A stretch of 64,000 nt of DNA from Nostoc sp. DedSLP01 (GCA_034530875.2 JAVRCJ020000034.1:9625-73624); one strand, 5' to 3'; positions 52,956 to 63,502 are shown, counted from the stretch's first letter. The notes: generated from the sequence alone by a model not told the origin. Made by a program: numbers and translations.

Positions 52956-54452
52956 TCAGGCTATGGCATTGTGGTAGAAAGCTTTCATCTGAGCTAACCA
53001 ACAAGAGCGCGATTCATCCCAAGTGTAAAACATATGCCCACCTAGAAAATGTTTTACAGTCAGATTCGGGCGGATTTGAGGATCTAATTTCATCATATCT
53101 GCTAGATGCTTTGAGGCAAAATAAGGAGTGACCAAATCGAACAATCCATGAGCAATGTACACTTGCATACAGGGGTTCAAAGCCATACCTACGCGCAGAT
53201 CGTCCATTGAACCTAAAAAACCCTGCTTGAATTCGCCTTTGAGATCGAATTTCCAAGCTTTGAATGTTTCCAAATTCAGCAGATGGTAAGACAAGTCGGT
53301 TTCAACACCTAACGTGTCCCGCAAGTGGCTATTGATTGCCCCGGTAAACAAGCGATCTAATCCATCAAGAGTCGGATCGCTGCCCTCATAATTTACGCGA
53401 GCAGGAAAAGGATCGATAGCGGTAATTGATGCGTCGTAAAGTCCTACAATTCGCTGTCGATCTCGCAGCAGTTCCCTGGCAAAGACTTCAATGCCAATCC
53501 TTCCTGCAAGTCTCTCAACCAGTTCTACGGGCAAGCCGATTAACCCTGCCATCTGCTGATAAGCAATTTGGCGCTCATCGGGTGTCATGGTATCTCCCAT
53601 TGCCAGAAGTGGAATCAAGGTTGTGCGAGCAAATTGTTCTGCTGCTGCTATGTGAGCTTGTAAATTCCCTTGTTCTGCTGCCCATTGGACGCGGTTGTGA
53701 TGAGCCGCACTAGCCGCAAAGGAAGGAATCAGGGTTGCCCAAGCGGTAAGGTTGTAATCGCTACCAGCCAGCAGGCTGAACTCCAAAGCAGGAGAGATTG
53801 CAATAGCACCGCAAAGACCGACACCAAACTCCTGTTGCAGCTTGCGGGCTAACCTAGCAACCCGAAAGCCACCATAACTTTCTCCAGCAATAAAGATCGG
53901 GGACAGCCATCGCTGATGACGAGACAGAAATCGTCCAATGAATTCTCCCAGTGCTTTCAAGTCTCGCTCAACTTCCCAAAATTCCGTCTCCTTGGGTTTG
54001 TCTGCCTCACCAGAATTAGCTTTCTCGCTCTGTTTGGTATCCTTATCATCTTGAGGTAAACTACGACTAAAGCCTGTGCCAATCGGGTCGATGAACACTA
54101 GGTCTGTAAAGCTTAACCAACTTTCAACATTGTCCACTACCCGAACTGGAGGTTTGGGTAGGCTACCATCAGCTCCGAAATAAACGCGCTTTGGCCCTAA
54201 TGCTCCCATGTGCAAATAAGCAGAAGCCGCTCCTGGACCGCCATTGAAGACGAAAGTAAGCGGTCGGAGCGTAGCTTTTTCAACCTCAGTTAAATAAGCC
54301 ACATGGAAAATTTCTGCAACTGGTTTTTCATGCTCAAACAAGGTCTGCCATTCGGCAAAAGCAGTGTAGGGAATCTGGCGATCGTCAAGCGATAGGGTTT
54401 GCTCAGTTACACTAGACTTCCGATTTCTGGGTGAGTTAGGAGTATCAGACAT
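52956..54452 (-). CDS. Peptidase S10 serine carboxypeptidase
   Basis: FNGGPGAAS, FIDPIGTGFS, GESYGG, DLVTP, GGHMFY. Confidence 0.92.
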   Translation of the reverse strand: MSDTPNSPRNRKSSVTEQTLSLDDRQIPYTAFAEWQTLFEHEKPVAEIFHVAYLTEVEKATLRPLTFVFNGGPGAASAYLHMGALGPKRVYFGADGSLPKPPVRVVDNVESWLSFTDLVFIDPIGTGFSRSLPQDDKDTKQSEKANSGEADKPKETEFWEVERDLKALGEFIGRFLSRHQRWLSPIFIAGESYGGFRVARLARKLQQEFGVGLCGAIAISPALEFSLLAGSDYNLTAWATLIPSFAASAAHHNRVQWAAEQGNLQAHIAAAEQFARTTLIPLLAMGDTMTPDERQIAYQQMAGLIGLPVELVERLAGRIGIEVFARELLRDRQRIVGLYDASITAIDPFPARVNYEGSDPTLDGLDRLFTGAINSHLRDTLGVETDLSYHLLNLETFKAWKFDLKGEFKQGFLGSMDDLRVGMALNPCMQVYIAHGLFDLVTPYFASKHLADMMKLDPQIRPNLTVKHFLGGHMFYTWDESRSCWLAQMKAFYHNAIA

Positions 54453-54826
54453 CTTATAATACTTTGTTTACGGGCAATGCAGACTGGTAGTAATGTAATC
54501 TTTTGGATAAGTTTATTGTGTTTTCAAATCTGAATCATTTTTGCAATATTTCATCAGAGTTTGCAATTATTTGTAGAAATTTAATTTCGGCAACGGCCTG
54601 ATTCGAGTTAGCTTTAATTGAATACAACGCTGTCAGGTAAAGCGGAATTGTGGAGTGTTCTAACTCTATCGCCGCCCGGAGATGTCTGTAAAGATCTGAA
54701 GCTTGTTTGGCGTTATGGATTTCTTGAAACCGAGAGAGATTTTTTACAACCTGCCGGACTTTTCAAACAACCTTTAAGATTGTCAATTTTACCACCACTG
54801 GTTTACTTATTTTTGAGCTATTTATA

Positions 54827-54842
54827 TAGTACATTAATACTA
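54827..54842. promoter_or_regulatory. LexA-box-like site
   Basis: TAGTACATTAATACTA, 22 nt upstream of ATG 54865. Confidence 0.5.
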
Positions 54843-54864
54843 TATACTTTCAGCCGTCTCAAAG

Positions 54865-55581
54865 ATGAAACAAGTAGTTAGACAAATTAAAGAACGCAGC
54901 AGAGTTCAACTCCAACGAAAAGATATTAAATACGAACTTTGGCGTTTAGATGATACTGAATTTAGGAAGTTGAGGCGAAAAAGTCTTCCTATCAAAGATG
55001 ATTCTATGTTTTATATGAATTTTTATTTATCAGAACGAGATAATAAAAATAAGCTTAATTTGGCTGAATTATTCGTTAGCTTAACAAATTTATTGGGTAA
55101 AAGTGGTGATTGGATTGATGATTGGAAAGGCTCTTTTTCTTTTCCAGTATTATTGGTTTTAGAAAAAGAGCGAGGTAAATTTTTTTATTTGATGGATATA
55201 TATGACAATCGCGGTACGCTCTACTTTAGTATCTACAGAGTTTTAGAATCTGATGTAGAAGGCTACGAGCATCAAATGGCTCGTGAACCTTTTGAGCTAG
55301 AATTTTCTCGTCAAGAGATCGACTATTTTATTAGCTATTTTTATGGATATCTCGAAGGGCATTTTCATAGCATAAAATCCTTAATACAATCTGAGCAATT
55401 TTTTAGAACAATCGGCTCAAATCACATTATATATGGGTATAATAATGGAAAATATTTTGAAGAATGTCATGAAGCTCAAGAAGCTTATCAAGCAGCTATT
55501 GAACATCTAAAATCGATGGGAATATGCTCTAATACATCACAAGATGTCAACAGTATTTTGCAGACAATAACTAGCGAATAG
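54865..55581 (+). CDS. Hypothetical protein
   Basis: 238-aa ORF, aromatic-rich globular composition (DDWKGSFSFP). Confidence 0.7.
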   Translation: MKQVVRQIKERSRVQLQRKDIKYELWRLDDTEFRKLRRKSLPIKDDSMFYMNFYLSERDNKNKLNLAELFVSLTNLLGKSGDWIDDWKGSFSFPVLLVLEKERGKFFYLMDIYDNRGTLYFSIYRVLESDVEGYEHQMAREPFELEFSRQEIDYFISYFYGYLEGHFHSIKSLIQSEQFFRTIGSNHIIYGYNNGKYFEECHEAQEAYQAAIEHLKSMGICSNTSQDVNSILQTITSE

Positions 55582-55596
55582 TCTAGAAAGAACTGT

Positions 55597-55983
55597 CTAA
55601 CTTTGCTCAAAAACTGATGATCTTTCAATAATGAACCATTCATGGTATACGATTGCTAAGAAAAATTCTTTACCTTTGAGACGATCGCACACTGCCATAA
55701 ATCCCGAAAAAAATGGATCGTTTTCATAGGTACTATCAGATAAGAATAGTGTTACGGAATTGTTATCTCTACTCCATATAGAACGTATTATACTGATATT
55801 AAGATGATGTGATTTATCCACAGGCAATAATACGGAACATCCTTCAATTTCAATGAATTCCGGCTCCTCACATTTCAAAACAGATTCCCAATCTTCTGGG
55901 CCTTCGTGCTTTTCAATAATTCTGTCCCACCTAACTGACTTAATTTTTTCTCTAGTCCGGGCTGATAAATCCGCAATTTTCAT
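55597..55983 (-). CDS. Hypothetical protein
   Basis: 128-aa ORF with RWDRIIEKHEGPEDW and AIVYHEW segments. Confidence 0.7.
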   Translation of the reverse strand: MKIADLSARTREKIKSVRWDRIIEKHEGPEDWESVLKCEEPEFIEIEGCSVLLPVDKSHHLNISIIRSIWSRDNNSVTLFLSDSTYENDPFFSGFMAVCDRLKGKEFFLAIVYHEWFIIERSSVFEQS

Positions 55984-56136
55984 TTTTGGCTACCCTAAAT
56001 AATTTTTAATAATTCCTCAATATTCCTTGTTATTCAAATTTATTGCAATACTAAATTACTCAAATTTTAATTAATATTAATAGGTATTGATGTATCATCA
56101 TTTAGGTATTTTAGCCGAAAAAATCATAAAACTGCT

Positions 56137-57186
56137 ATGCCTCGACGAACCACCATACCTTCATCTGGGTCTACTGTTGCAAACGGGCTGGCTCTTTCCG
56201 ATTTTCATCTACGCTTACAATTTTTAGAGAAAGAACATCAATCTATCCTCAAGCAGATTAAGAAAAAGCGAACTGAACTAAATAACTTTGTTGAAAGGAC
56301 ACGAACTCTTGCCACAGAAGTTCTGCATCGGGCTAATCCCAGCTTCCAAAAAATGGCTCAACTCGACCAGGAAATTCACGCTTTGTTTGAAACTATCTTT
56401 ACTACTAGAAAATTTGGTAAACAAACTCTCAAAAAGATACAAGCAGTTTATCATCAACTACAGTTTGCCGGAATTATCAGCATCAAACCCGACACAAGCC
56501 AATTAGAAAAAGAGCCGAACGAAGAGTTTGCCCCTATGGAAGAAGATTTCTCCAGCCAATCTGCCCAAGATGCCCATCAACATCAATACTGGCAAGCACA
56601 AGAAACTACCTCATTTGGGGCTGGGGCTAGAACCGAGACACAGCAAAAAATTCGTTCCACATTTTTGCGGTTAGCTGAAATCTTTCACCCGGATAAGGTA
56701 CAAGATAGCGAAACACAAAAATATCATACCGAAATTATGCAAGAAATAAATATTGCCTACCAACAAGGAGATTTGGCAAGGCTGCTAGAAATTGAGTCTC
56801 GTCAACGAGCGGGGGAAGCTATCGATCCTAATAGTGAAGATGATTTAACTCGCAAATGTCGCAATCTAGAACAGCAAAATCAAATTCTGCTGACTCAATA
56901 TGAAAACTTAAAACAGGAACTACGTTTAGCTAAAAATACTCCAGAAGGAGCAATGCTTTCTAGTTCTCGCAAAGCTGCAAAGCAAGGTATTGATGCTGTA
57001 GCCGTGATGGTCGAAGCAATCGAATCTCAAATCCAAGTTATTTCTCAAATTCGAGATTTTGTTAAGGATTTTCAACAGCATCAACTGACTATTCAGGAAT
57101 TCCTTGCTGGGCCAGTTTCTCTTTATCCCTCAGAGTCAGAATTACTCCAAGATATTCTAGAACAGATGATCTCAGAATTAATCTGA
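56137..57186 (+). CDS. Coiled-coil protein with a central J-domain-like segment
   Basis: IRSTFLRLAEIFHPDK...MQEINIAY, HPD motif. Confidence 0.8.
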   Translation: MPRRTTIPSSGSTVANGLALSDFHLRLQFLEKEHQSILKQIKKKRTELNNFVERTRTLATEVLHRANPSFQKMAQLDQEIHALFETIFTTRKFGKQTLKKIQAVYHQLQFAGIISIKPDTSQLEKEPNEEFAPMEEDFSSQSAQDAHQHQYWQAQETTSFGAGARTETQQKIRSTFLRLAEIFHPDKVQDSETQKYHTEIMQEINIAYQQGDLARLLEIESRQRAGEAIDPNSEDDLTRKCRNLEQQNQILLTQYENLKQELRLAKNTPEGAMLSSSRKAAKQGIDAVAVMVEAIESQIQVISQIRDFVKDFQQHQLTIQEFLAGPVSLYPSESELLQDILEQMISELI

Positions 57187-57216
57187 TAAGAAATTGTTGA
57201 TAATTTAGCTTTCTTA

Positions 57217-57246
57217 ATTGCGAATTGCGAATTGCGAATTGCGATT
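57217..57246. repeat. STRR (AATTGCG)n
   Basis: aattgcgaattgcgaattgcgaattgcga between convergent stops. Confidence 0.8.
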
Positions 57247-58525
57247 AGTCTGGTAGCAACTTAGAATCCCAAATGTAAAGTCCTTTTTCCTCTGGCACTC
57301 TAGAGAATCGTCCTGTGCGATAACCCCGCGATAATTCGTTCAGTACGCTTGGTCTAACTTGTTGCACCTGTTCTGGTTTGAGTTTTCCATATAATTGGTT
57401 GATAACTTCAGGCACATCAAAAACTTTTGTGGGATTCTTTTGCAGGACTGAAGTAATCGCATCAATCAAAAATTTGCCGTCAAACTCTGCTTTCATAGGA
57501 ATGCTATTAGCTTTGGCGTGTGGGTCTGGTTTTTTGGATTGAGTTGGACTCGGCTTTGAAGAACTATTTTTGCGCGACGAGTTGAGTAATTTCAAATCTT
57601 TGGTATAGTAACCAGGTTTACCCGGAACGAGCGACCATTTACCGCTTTCTTTTCCTTGAGTTAGCGTTGATTGAACTCTACCTTTGACTACCTTAGTTGC
57701 TTTTGGCTCTAACTCTCCATAGAGCGATCGCACAATAAAATCTATATGGCATACATTACCAATATGTTCCTGTAGTAGCTTTTCAACCGCTTCGATGCGT
57801 CTTAGAGATTGATACTCACCCACCATTGCAATGTCCTGCCCCAACAATGATTTGTTTGGCGCAGTGGTAGCTTGTTCTAAGCTGGTAGACTCTGCTGCTG
57901 CTGGTTCATCTTCAAGGAGGGATGAGGAAGTAGTACTGGGTTGAATTGTTACACTTGCAGCTTCTACAATGTTTTCACTGTCGTCTGTAACGTGGCTTTG
58001 TTGGGTAGCAGTAGCTTCTTGGATTGTGTCTGGCAGTTGAGCAGCATAAAAAGACTCATCAGATTGGGTTTGACTTTCCGGAATCTCAAAGCTTTCAGCA
58101 TTAGACAAGCTTTCTACCACACCAGAAGCAGGCTGGTTTTCTTCTAGTGGTAAGTTGATATCTTCTTGATTTTGAGAAGATAGATTTTCTGCGGCTAAAT
58201 CGCTTACTTGTGGTAGGTTAGTCGAGTTTGCTTCCCCTAATTCTGGTTCGGTTTCCAACACCTCAGGGGAAGTGCTATTCAAGCTTTTTTGAGCAGGTAA
58301 AGTAAATATTTCTTCTTTTACTTCCTCAGATAAGCCATTAGTGTCCGCTTCCTCTTTCAAAGCCCAGTTAGATAACAAAGCTTCTACATGAGTTAGGTTC
58401 TCTAAAGCTTCTGTGTACAATTTTCCATAGGTTTCTACAAGCGGAGCGTAATAATCTCGAATTTCTAATAGTGTTGCGAGAAATTTTGATGGGGGAGGCT
58501 GTAATGGCATTTGACTATTTATCAA
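57245..58525 (-). CDS. Hypothetical protein with an acidic linker and two repeated winged-helix-like domains
   Basis: Paired segments ...SLYGELEP...STLTQG...GKWSLVP...GYY and ...QLYGKLKP...NELSRG...GRFSRVP...GLY; ATG alternative at 58510. Confidence 0.7.
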   Translation of the reverse strand: MINSQMPLQPPPSKFLATLLEIRDYYAPLVETYGKLYTEALENLTHVEALLSNWALKEEADTNGLSEEVKEEIFTLPAQKSLNSTSPEVLETEPELGEANSTNLPQVSDLAAENLSSQNQEDINLPLEENQPASGVVESLSNAESFEIPESQTQSDESFYAAQLPDTIQEATATQQSHVTDDSENIVEAASVTIQPSTTSSSLLEDEPAAAESTSLEQATTAPNKSLLGQDIAMVGEYQSLRRIEAVEKLLQEHIGNVCHIDFIVRSLYGELEPKATKVVKGRVQSTLTQGKESGKWSLVPGKPGYYTKDLKLLNSSRKNSSSKPSPTQSKKPDPHAKANSIPMKAEFDGKFLIDAITSVLQKNPTKVFDVPEVINQLYGKLKPEQVQQVRPSVLNELSRGYRTGRFSRVPEEKGLYIWDSKLLPD

Positions 58526-59027
58526 ACTTGAGATTTTCTATTATAGAAAATAATTTCTTTGTTCAACGTAAAATTGTCTGACAACAGGAATTGAGCCAAT
58601 TTTCAAAGCATCGCTAACTACTTTTGAAAATTCACGTCGCTGTTGTAAGTCTTAGCCCTGGGCTTACCCTTGTTAGAGGCAGCAGATTTCTTGGGAGATG
58701 CGACAGGACGGCAAGTTTGGCAATATAGAGAGCGTGTACTCTCGAACATAAATTTTTTTTGCTTGCTATTGTTTAGCTGACTGCGGCTTAAATAATTGAA
58801 TGTTGTTAACCACTTTACTTGAATCTTAGCCTTATAAAGCCTACTTTTAAGCCTTGAGGTCGAGTTCTCACTACAGCTTTTTTGGGCAATTTTTCTCTTC
58901 GTACACTCCAATTTTTGAAAAAGCGTTTGAATTACAACAATCAAATTCTTCACAACCAAAATTGTACCTAGATATTTCTACTAGTTTCTAAATTCTATAT
59001 AACCATACTTTTTAAACGCCTCGCGAA

Positions 59028-59357
59028 TCAGGGCAAATGCATCTAGATATAGTACATGTATACTAAATAGCTAAGAAAGGTAGCGATCGCTGATGGGATA
59101 GAGGTTGAGCAATGAGGCTGTGATGATAAAGTCATTCTAGAAGTAGAAGAAAGCCCCAAAAAAAGCGTGAAGCTCAAGCCCAAAATTACGATTGCTGACC
59201 GCCCCGCCAGTCGCTACAAGTCGGGCATTGCCCGCCCAAGGCACTGGCTCCTTTTTTTCCGTTGTCTTGAGCGATTGAGAATCGGCGATGTCTTCTCTAC
59301 GAGACGCTACGCGAACGACGGGCTGCGCCTACGCAACAGTCGAATGCTCCTCCTTAC
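59028..59357 (+). mobile_element. ISAs1-family remnant with small-repeat insertions
   Basis: CAGGGCAAATGCA left end; ORF start MKLKPKITIAD resembling cyanobacterial ISAs1 transposases as I recall them; interrupted at 59205-59249 and 59285-59334. Confidence 0.6.
59050..59065. promoter_or_regulatory. LexA-box-like site inside the IS left end
   Basis: TAGTACATGTATACTA. Confidence 0.5.
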
Positions 59358-59756
59358 CTAATTGTGTTCGTAGTTGTTGGCGAACTTGGTCGTGCATTTG
59401 TTGCCAGATGCCTTTACGTTGCCAATGCGTGAAAGTAGCCATACACCGTCGTGTATGGCGCTAGTTCGTGGGGTAGCATTTCCCATTGGCATCCGGTTGG
59501 TTGTACATAAAATATCGCCCAATCGAATTTCCCGAAAATCGACTTCCACTGGATGACCAAATCCTTTTGATGCCGGGATGAGCGGTTTCAATATCTCCCA
59601 CTCACCATCACTGAGGTCGCTGGGGTAAGGTTTTGTTTGGGGATCGGCAATCTCTGGCAGGCGAGTCATTTTTAGTACAATTATGCAACTCGATCTAGCT
59701 TAAAATCCACTCCCACTCATCCACTGTCTCTTGAGATTTTCTTTACGAATCAGCTC
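59358..59756 (-). mobile_element. IS5-family transposase remnant (5' part, frameshifted)
   Basis: YPSDLSDGEWEILKPLIP...GHPVEVDFREI; putative end GAGCTGATTCGTAAAG at 59756. Confidence 0.8.
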
Positions 59757-59923
59757 TTAGAGCGGAAATATTAAACTAAAGATTGCTTTTATTTGCTATT
59801 CTACAGCCGCTTGAGGGCAATGCAAAGGAACTGTTTACAAATGCGATTGCCAGAATGAATTACTATACACCAAAGATCGGGGATTACCGCAAAACGCAGA
59901 ATACGGTAACTGTAAGCAAAATT

Positions 59924-60286
59924 TTAGGCGGATTCGGACAATAACCCTGACATATCTAACACTTGCTCTGACCAAGCACTAGCTTGCTCGGACATATTTT
60001 TACGTTCGCTCTCATTAGACCAAAGACTATCAAATTTTAATTTCCACCTAGCTAGTTGAACTTGAATGTTCACTAATTCTTCGGCATATTCTGGTTCAAT
60101 TTCTGCTGCTGTCCATTCGATAAAACATATAGTTTCATCTGCCACACTTTCGACCGCTTCCGGGTAAGCAGTGTCACAAAATGTTCTCAGTCTAGCTAAA
60201 TTAGAAGCTATATGCCCTAAACGATTTGATGTATTTTCGCCTTGAAACCGTGCTTGCTTTTCATCCAATTTCTGGTTCATATCCAC
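59924..60286 (-). CDS. Small helical hypothetical protein overlapping the upstream gene
   Basis: RLGHIASNLAR...FIEWTA...QLARW; helical pattern. Confidence 0.75.
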   Translation of the reverse strand: MDMNQKLDEKQARFQGENTSNRLGHIASNLARLRTFCDTAYPEAVESVADETICFIEWTAAEIEPEYAEELVNIQVQLARWKLKFDSLWSNESERKNMSEQASAWSEQVLDMSGLLSESA

Positions 60287-60611
60287 CTATTAACTCCTGA
60301 GCGATTTGCTTAACACGTTCTCGAATCTCTGGATTTTGAATTACCATTGAGCGATTATTCTGGCTGGGACGTATGTTAATAATCGATTCATAAGCTATTG
60401 ATTGAGTAAATGGAATCCAATCTGCACCCCAAATATCTCGCTGTCTACTACCATCTTCAAGTAATACTGCTTCACAATAAGCGTGTTTTTCTCCTCCCCC
60501 TGCTAATATTCCTCTTTCTATATCTACTGCTATTTTGATATATAGTTCTAAAGTTTGCAGCATTTGATAAAATTCTTCTAATGTTGCTCTTTGCTTGATA
60601 ATGAGCACCAA
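60261..60611 (-). CDS. DUF5674-like protein
   Basis: YIKIAVDIERGILAGGGEKH, DIWGADW, ESIINIRPSQNN. Confidence 0.75.
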   Translation of the reverse strand: MVLIIKQRATLEEFYQMLQTLELYIKIAVDIERGILAGGGEKHAYCEAVLLEDGSRQRDIWGADWIPFTQSIAYESIINIRPSQNNRSMVIQNPEIRERVKQIAQELIGGYEPEIG

Positions 60612-60851
60612 AATGTTACTCCTAACACTCTAAACACGTAACTGCTACAAGTTTTATTTTTGTGGAACCCCCAAATAAATCTCTGCATTGAACAATTAAA
60701 TAAATTCCAGTTCATTTGGAAAAATAAATTCACACTCAACAGGTGATAACCAAATATGACAATGTAATTTGTCATATTCTTCTGCTTCAACTATTACTCC
60801 TGCTTCACAATACTTTTTTCCAACAAAATCAGAGTTTCTTAAGTAAAAAAT

Positions 60852-61166
60852 CTAAGGCACTAATAATTTGGCTAACTTTAATTTACCTTCTTGTTTAGCT
60901 TGGTAATAGGCTTTAGCCAGTTCTTCATTACTAGGATGATGACGCACATAGCTCATCAAAGATCCCCACTTTTGGGAGCTGAGTCTATCTCTTAAACTCT
61001 CAGATAAACTTGTATCACTTTGTTTTTGCTGTTCGGCTTCCCATTTTTCCCATTTCATCCTTTGAAGATATAACTGAGCAGCTTCTTTAACAGTAATTCC
61101 ATGCGTTCTCGCAATTGTCAAGACATGAACCGCTATTTCTAGGTCTTTAATTGAGTCGGAATCCAT
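60852..61166 (-). CDS. Small hypothetical protein
   Basis: 104-aa ATG ORF with plausible composition. Confidence 0.5.
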   Translation of the reverse strand: MDSDSIKDLEIAVHVLTIARTHGITVKEAAQLYLQRMKWEKWEAEQQKQSDTSLSESLRDRLSSQKWGSLMSYVRHHPSNEELAKAYYQAKQEGKLKLAKLLVP

Positions 61167-61504
61167 TGATAGTAATTACAATTTTCAGATAGTAAATCAG
61201 TTGAGACTCCTATATTTACAACAAAGGAGTCTACTTAACTCTTGCGTTAACAATTTAAATTGCGATTACACGACCAAATATACTACCCTTGGCTCAAAAA
61301 ATTATTTTTATATTGGCTTGTGCTGTGGAACTTTGTTAAAAATGCGCTCAGTGCGATCGTCTTACTACTGCACTACCGCCCACCACAGCCCTCAAGCGAC
61401 CCCAACAGTTTCGTTGAAAGACCTTTCTCAAAAGACTAAATCGGCATTGGTCAGTGGAAGGTTACGTTTGAGGAACGATCGCACGCAAGGCGATTGATTA
61501 GTAG

Positions 61505-62257
61505 TCACAGGGTAGTGTAACCACCATCTATCAGGTGGAAGCTGCCAGTGACGAAAGAGGCTTGCTCCGACAAGAGGAAGCTAACCATGTCCGCAACTTC
61601 CTCGGTTCGTGCGAGGCGACCTAAAGGGTGCAACTGAGCCATCTGCTTTCGCGCTGACTCTGGCAACTCTTGCATCTGAGGTGTATCAACATAACCCGGC
61701 CCGATTGCAGTCACCCGGATGCCCTGGTTTGCATATTCCAATGCTGCCGCCTTTGTCAGACCGATAATGCCGTGCTTGGCAGTGACATAGGGAGCAATAC
61801 CCGCCACTCCGACCGCACCAGCGGCAGATGACATATTCACAATTGCCCCACCACCACTTTGGAGCATTGCTGGAATTTCGTATTTCAGTCCAAAGAAAAT
61901 GCCGTTAAGATTAGTCGCAATCACACGATGCCACCATTCAATCTCATAATCGGCAGTACTAATCCCATGCGGCCCGGTAAAGCCAGCATTATTGACTGCT
62001 AGGTTCAACCCGCCAAATCGCTCCACCGTTTCGGCTACCATTGCCTCCACAGCGCGATGGTCAGACACATCAGTTTCAATAACGTGTGTCCGCTTGCCAG
62101 ATGAATCCAACCGCCTAGCTACTTCCTGCGCTCGTTCGGCATTGATGTCTGCCAGAACGACCCGCGCACCGTTTTTGTACAGGTTGACGGCAATGGCTTC
62201 GCCAAGACCTCTAGCTGCACCAGTGACAATAGCTATCTTGTTTGCGAACTCGGTCAC
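61505..62257 (-). CDS. SDR-family oxidoreductase
   Basis: TGAARGLG, NNAG, YVTAK, IDGGY; GTG start preceded by AGGGG. Confidence 0.92.
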   Translation of the reverse strand: MTEFANKIAIVTGAARGLGEAIAVNLYKNGARVVLADINAERAQEVARRLDSSGKRTHVIETDVSDHRAVEAMVAETVERFGGLNLAVNNAGFTGPHGISTADYEIEWWHRVIATNLNGIFFGLKYEIPAMLQSGGGAIVNMSSAAGAVGVAGIAPYVTAKHGIIGLTKAAALEYANQGIRVTAIGPGYVDTPQMQELPESARKQMAQLHPLGRLARTEEVADMVSFLLSEQASFVTGSFHLIDGGYTTL

Positions 62258-62620
62258 TGGCTTATCCCCTCGGCGAGTATTGCTAAAATAACACAATTAC
62301 AACTCAAGCAATATGCTTAAACTTAACCCTACTTGAGGAAGAACTGCTCAAGATTGGGTTAGCTAGAACAGTACAAGGCGGGATGGTATGCCCGAATCAA
62401 ATAGCTTTCGAGAATGCGATCGCTTAGTGGCATTGGAGCCGTATCACCATCTTACCGAAGAACAAGATAAGCTAATCAGCATTTAAGTTGCATAAAAGCA
62501 GGGCTGATGCTCTTACTACGAGCGAATCATTCTGGAAAAATAAATGACGATTAGCTGAGCAACTTTACTAGTCATTGGCTGTTGCTTGCGTAGTGCCTGC
62601 CTTTATGGTCTAGCATTTTA

Positions 62621-63136
62621 TTACTGCTTCCGTCGAGAGTTTACGGTCATAAACTGATGCCACTGCCCGTCATCGCCCAGCACATAAGATGTCATCACTC
62701 GATGATTGTCACTCTTGAACTCGATTACATCTCTGTAAGTTGCCATCTTATCATCGCCCGTCATCGCGGGGCCGTCAGAATTGAGCGTTAGCATGTTTTT
62801 AGCCGCGTCTAATTCACCGTCGTACAACCATAGATAAGTCATCATTGACCCAATCCAGGTGCCTACATAGCGTTGCTTGTGCGGGTCATATCCGAGGGTT
62901 ATTATCATTGTTGCCGCACCACCACAGGGCATTTCGCCCTGTCCTTCACCTACAACCCAGAGTCCACCAATCGAACGCACACTTTCCGTTCCTGTTGCTC
63001 TTTGGGGCGGCCGATCTGGACTGATCATTGCCTCTGTTTCATAAGTCCACTCACCGACGAGTTTCTGTAGCCACTGATGTTCCTTTTGTGGCCCAGTATT
63101 CATTGTTGGCTCCTGTTGTGTTTTGGCTGTCTCCAT
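62621..63136 (-). CDS. DUF1579-family protein
   Basis: EHQWLQKLVGEW, LGYDP...YVGTWIGSM; AAAGGAG RBS before ATG 63136. Confidence 0.85.
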   Translation of the reverse strand: METAKTQQEPTMNTGPQKEHQWLQKLVGEWTYETEAMISPDRPPQRATGTESVRSIGGLWVVGEGQGEMPCGGAATMIITLGYDPHKQRYVGTWIGSMMTYLWLYDGELDAAKNMLTLNSDGPAMTGDDKMATYRDVIEFKSDNHRVMTSYVLGDDGQWHQFMTVNSRRKQ

Positions 63137-63256
63137 TGCTTTAGCTCCTTTTGATGAATCATTGAAGAATGTAATTAGCGCGAAGCCCAACTCTGTACGC
63201 GAAGCTGCCCCAAAGGGCTAGGAACCGCGTGAAATGATGAAAAATCAAGACCATGA

Positions 63257-63272
63257 TAGTACAAATATACTA
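63257..63272. promoter_or_regulatory. LexA-box-like site
   Basis: TAGTACAAATATACTA. Confidence 0.5.
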
Positions 63273-63502
63273 TTATAGCTCAACTGATTAAGGTTACCTT
63301 TATGTGTCTATCTGAAACATTGTTTTGGAACTTGTGCGGGTATCGGTTCTCTTTGAAAGGTTTGAGTGACGGTTCCCGTCGCTCAAACTTTCCGCTTGCA
63401 CACTAACCGTATTAGCGTTATCTATTGGAGTGAAAGGTTATCTGCGGTGGGTGAAGCGAGTCGTTAGCCTGCTGCACGCTGCATTGTTTCGGCGGAGGAA
63501 GT

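Noticed and set aside
58618..58959. 113-aa ORF, and short ORFs at 25023, 29589, 49198, 50312, 54618, 60578 and 61201
   Set aside because: Mostly non-ATG starts, overlap with repeats or other features, and no recognisable motifs
59620..59645. TKPYPSDLSD resembles a microviridin core
   Set aside because: It is the usual YPSDLSD N-terminus of IS5-family transposases and has no PFFARFL leader
63352..63391. Hairpin AAAGGTTTGAGTGACGG-TTC-CCGTCGCTCAAACTTT as a riboswitch or ncRNA
   Set aside because: No recognisable RNA family motif; more likely another small dispersed repeat
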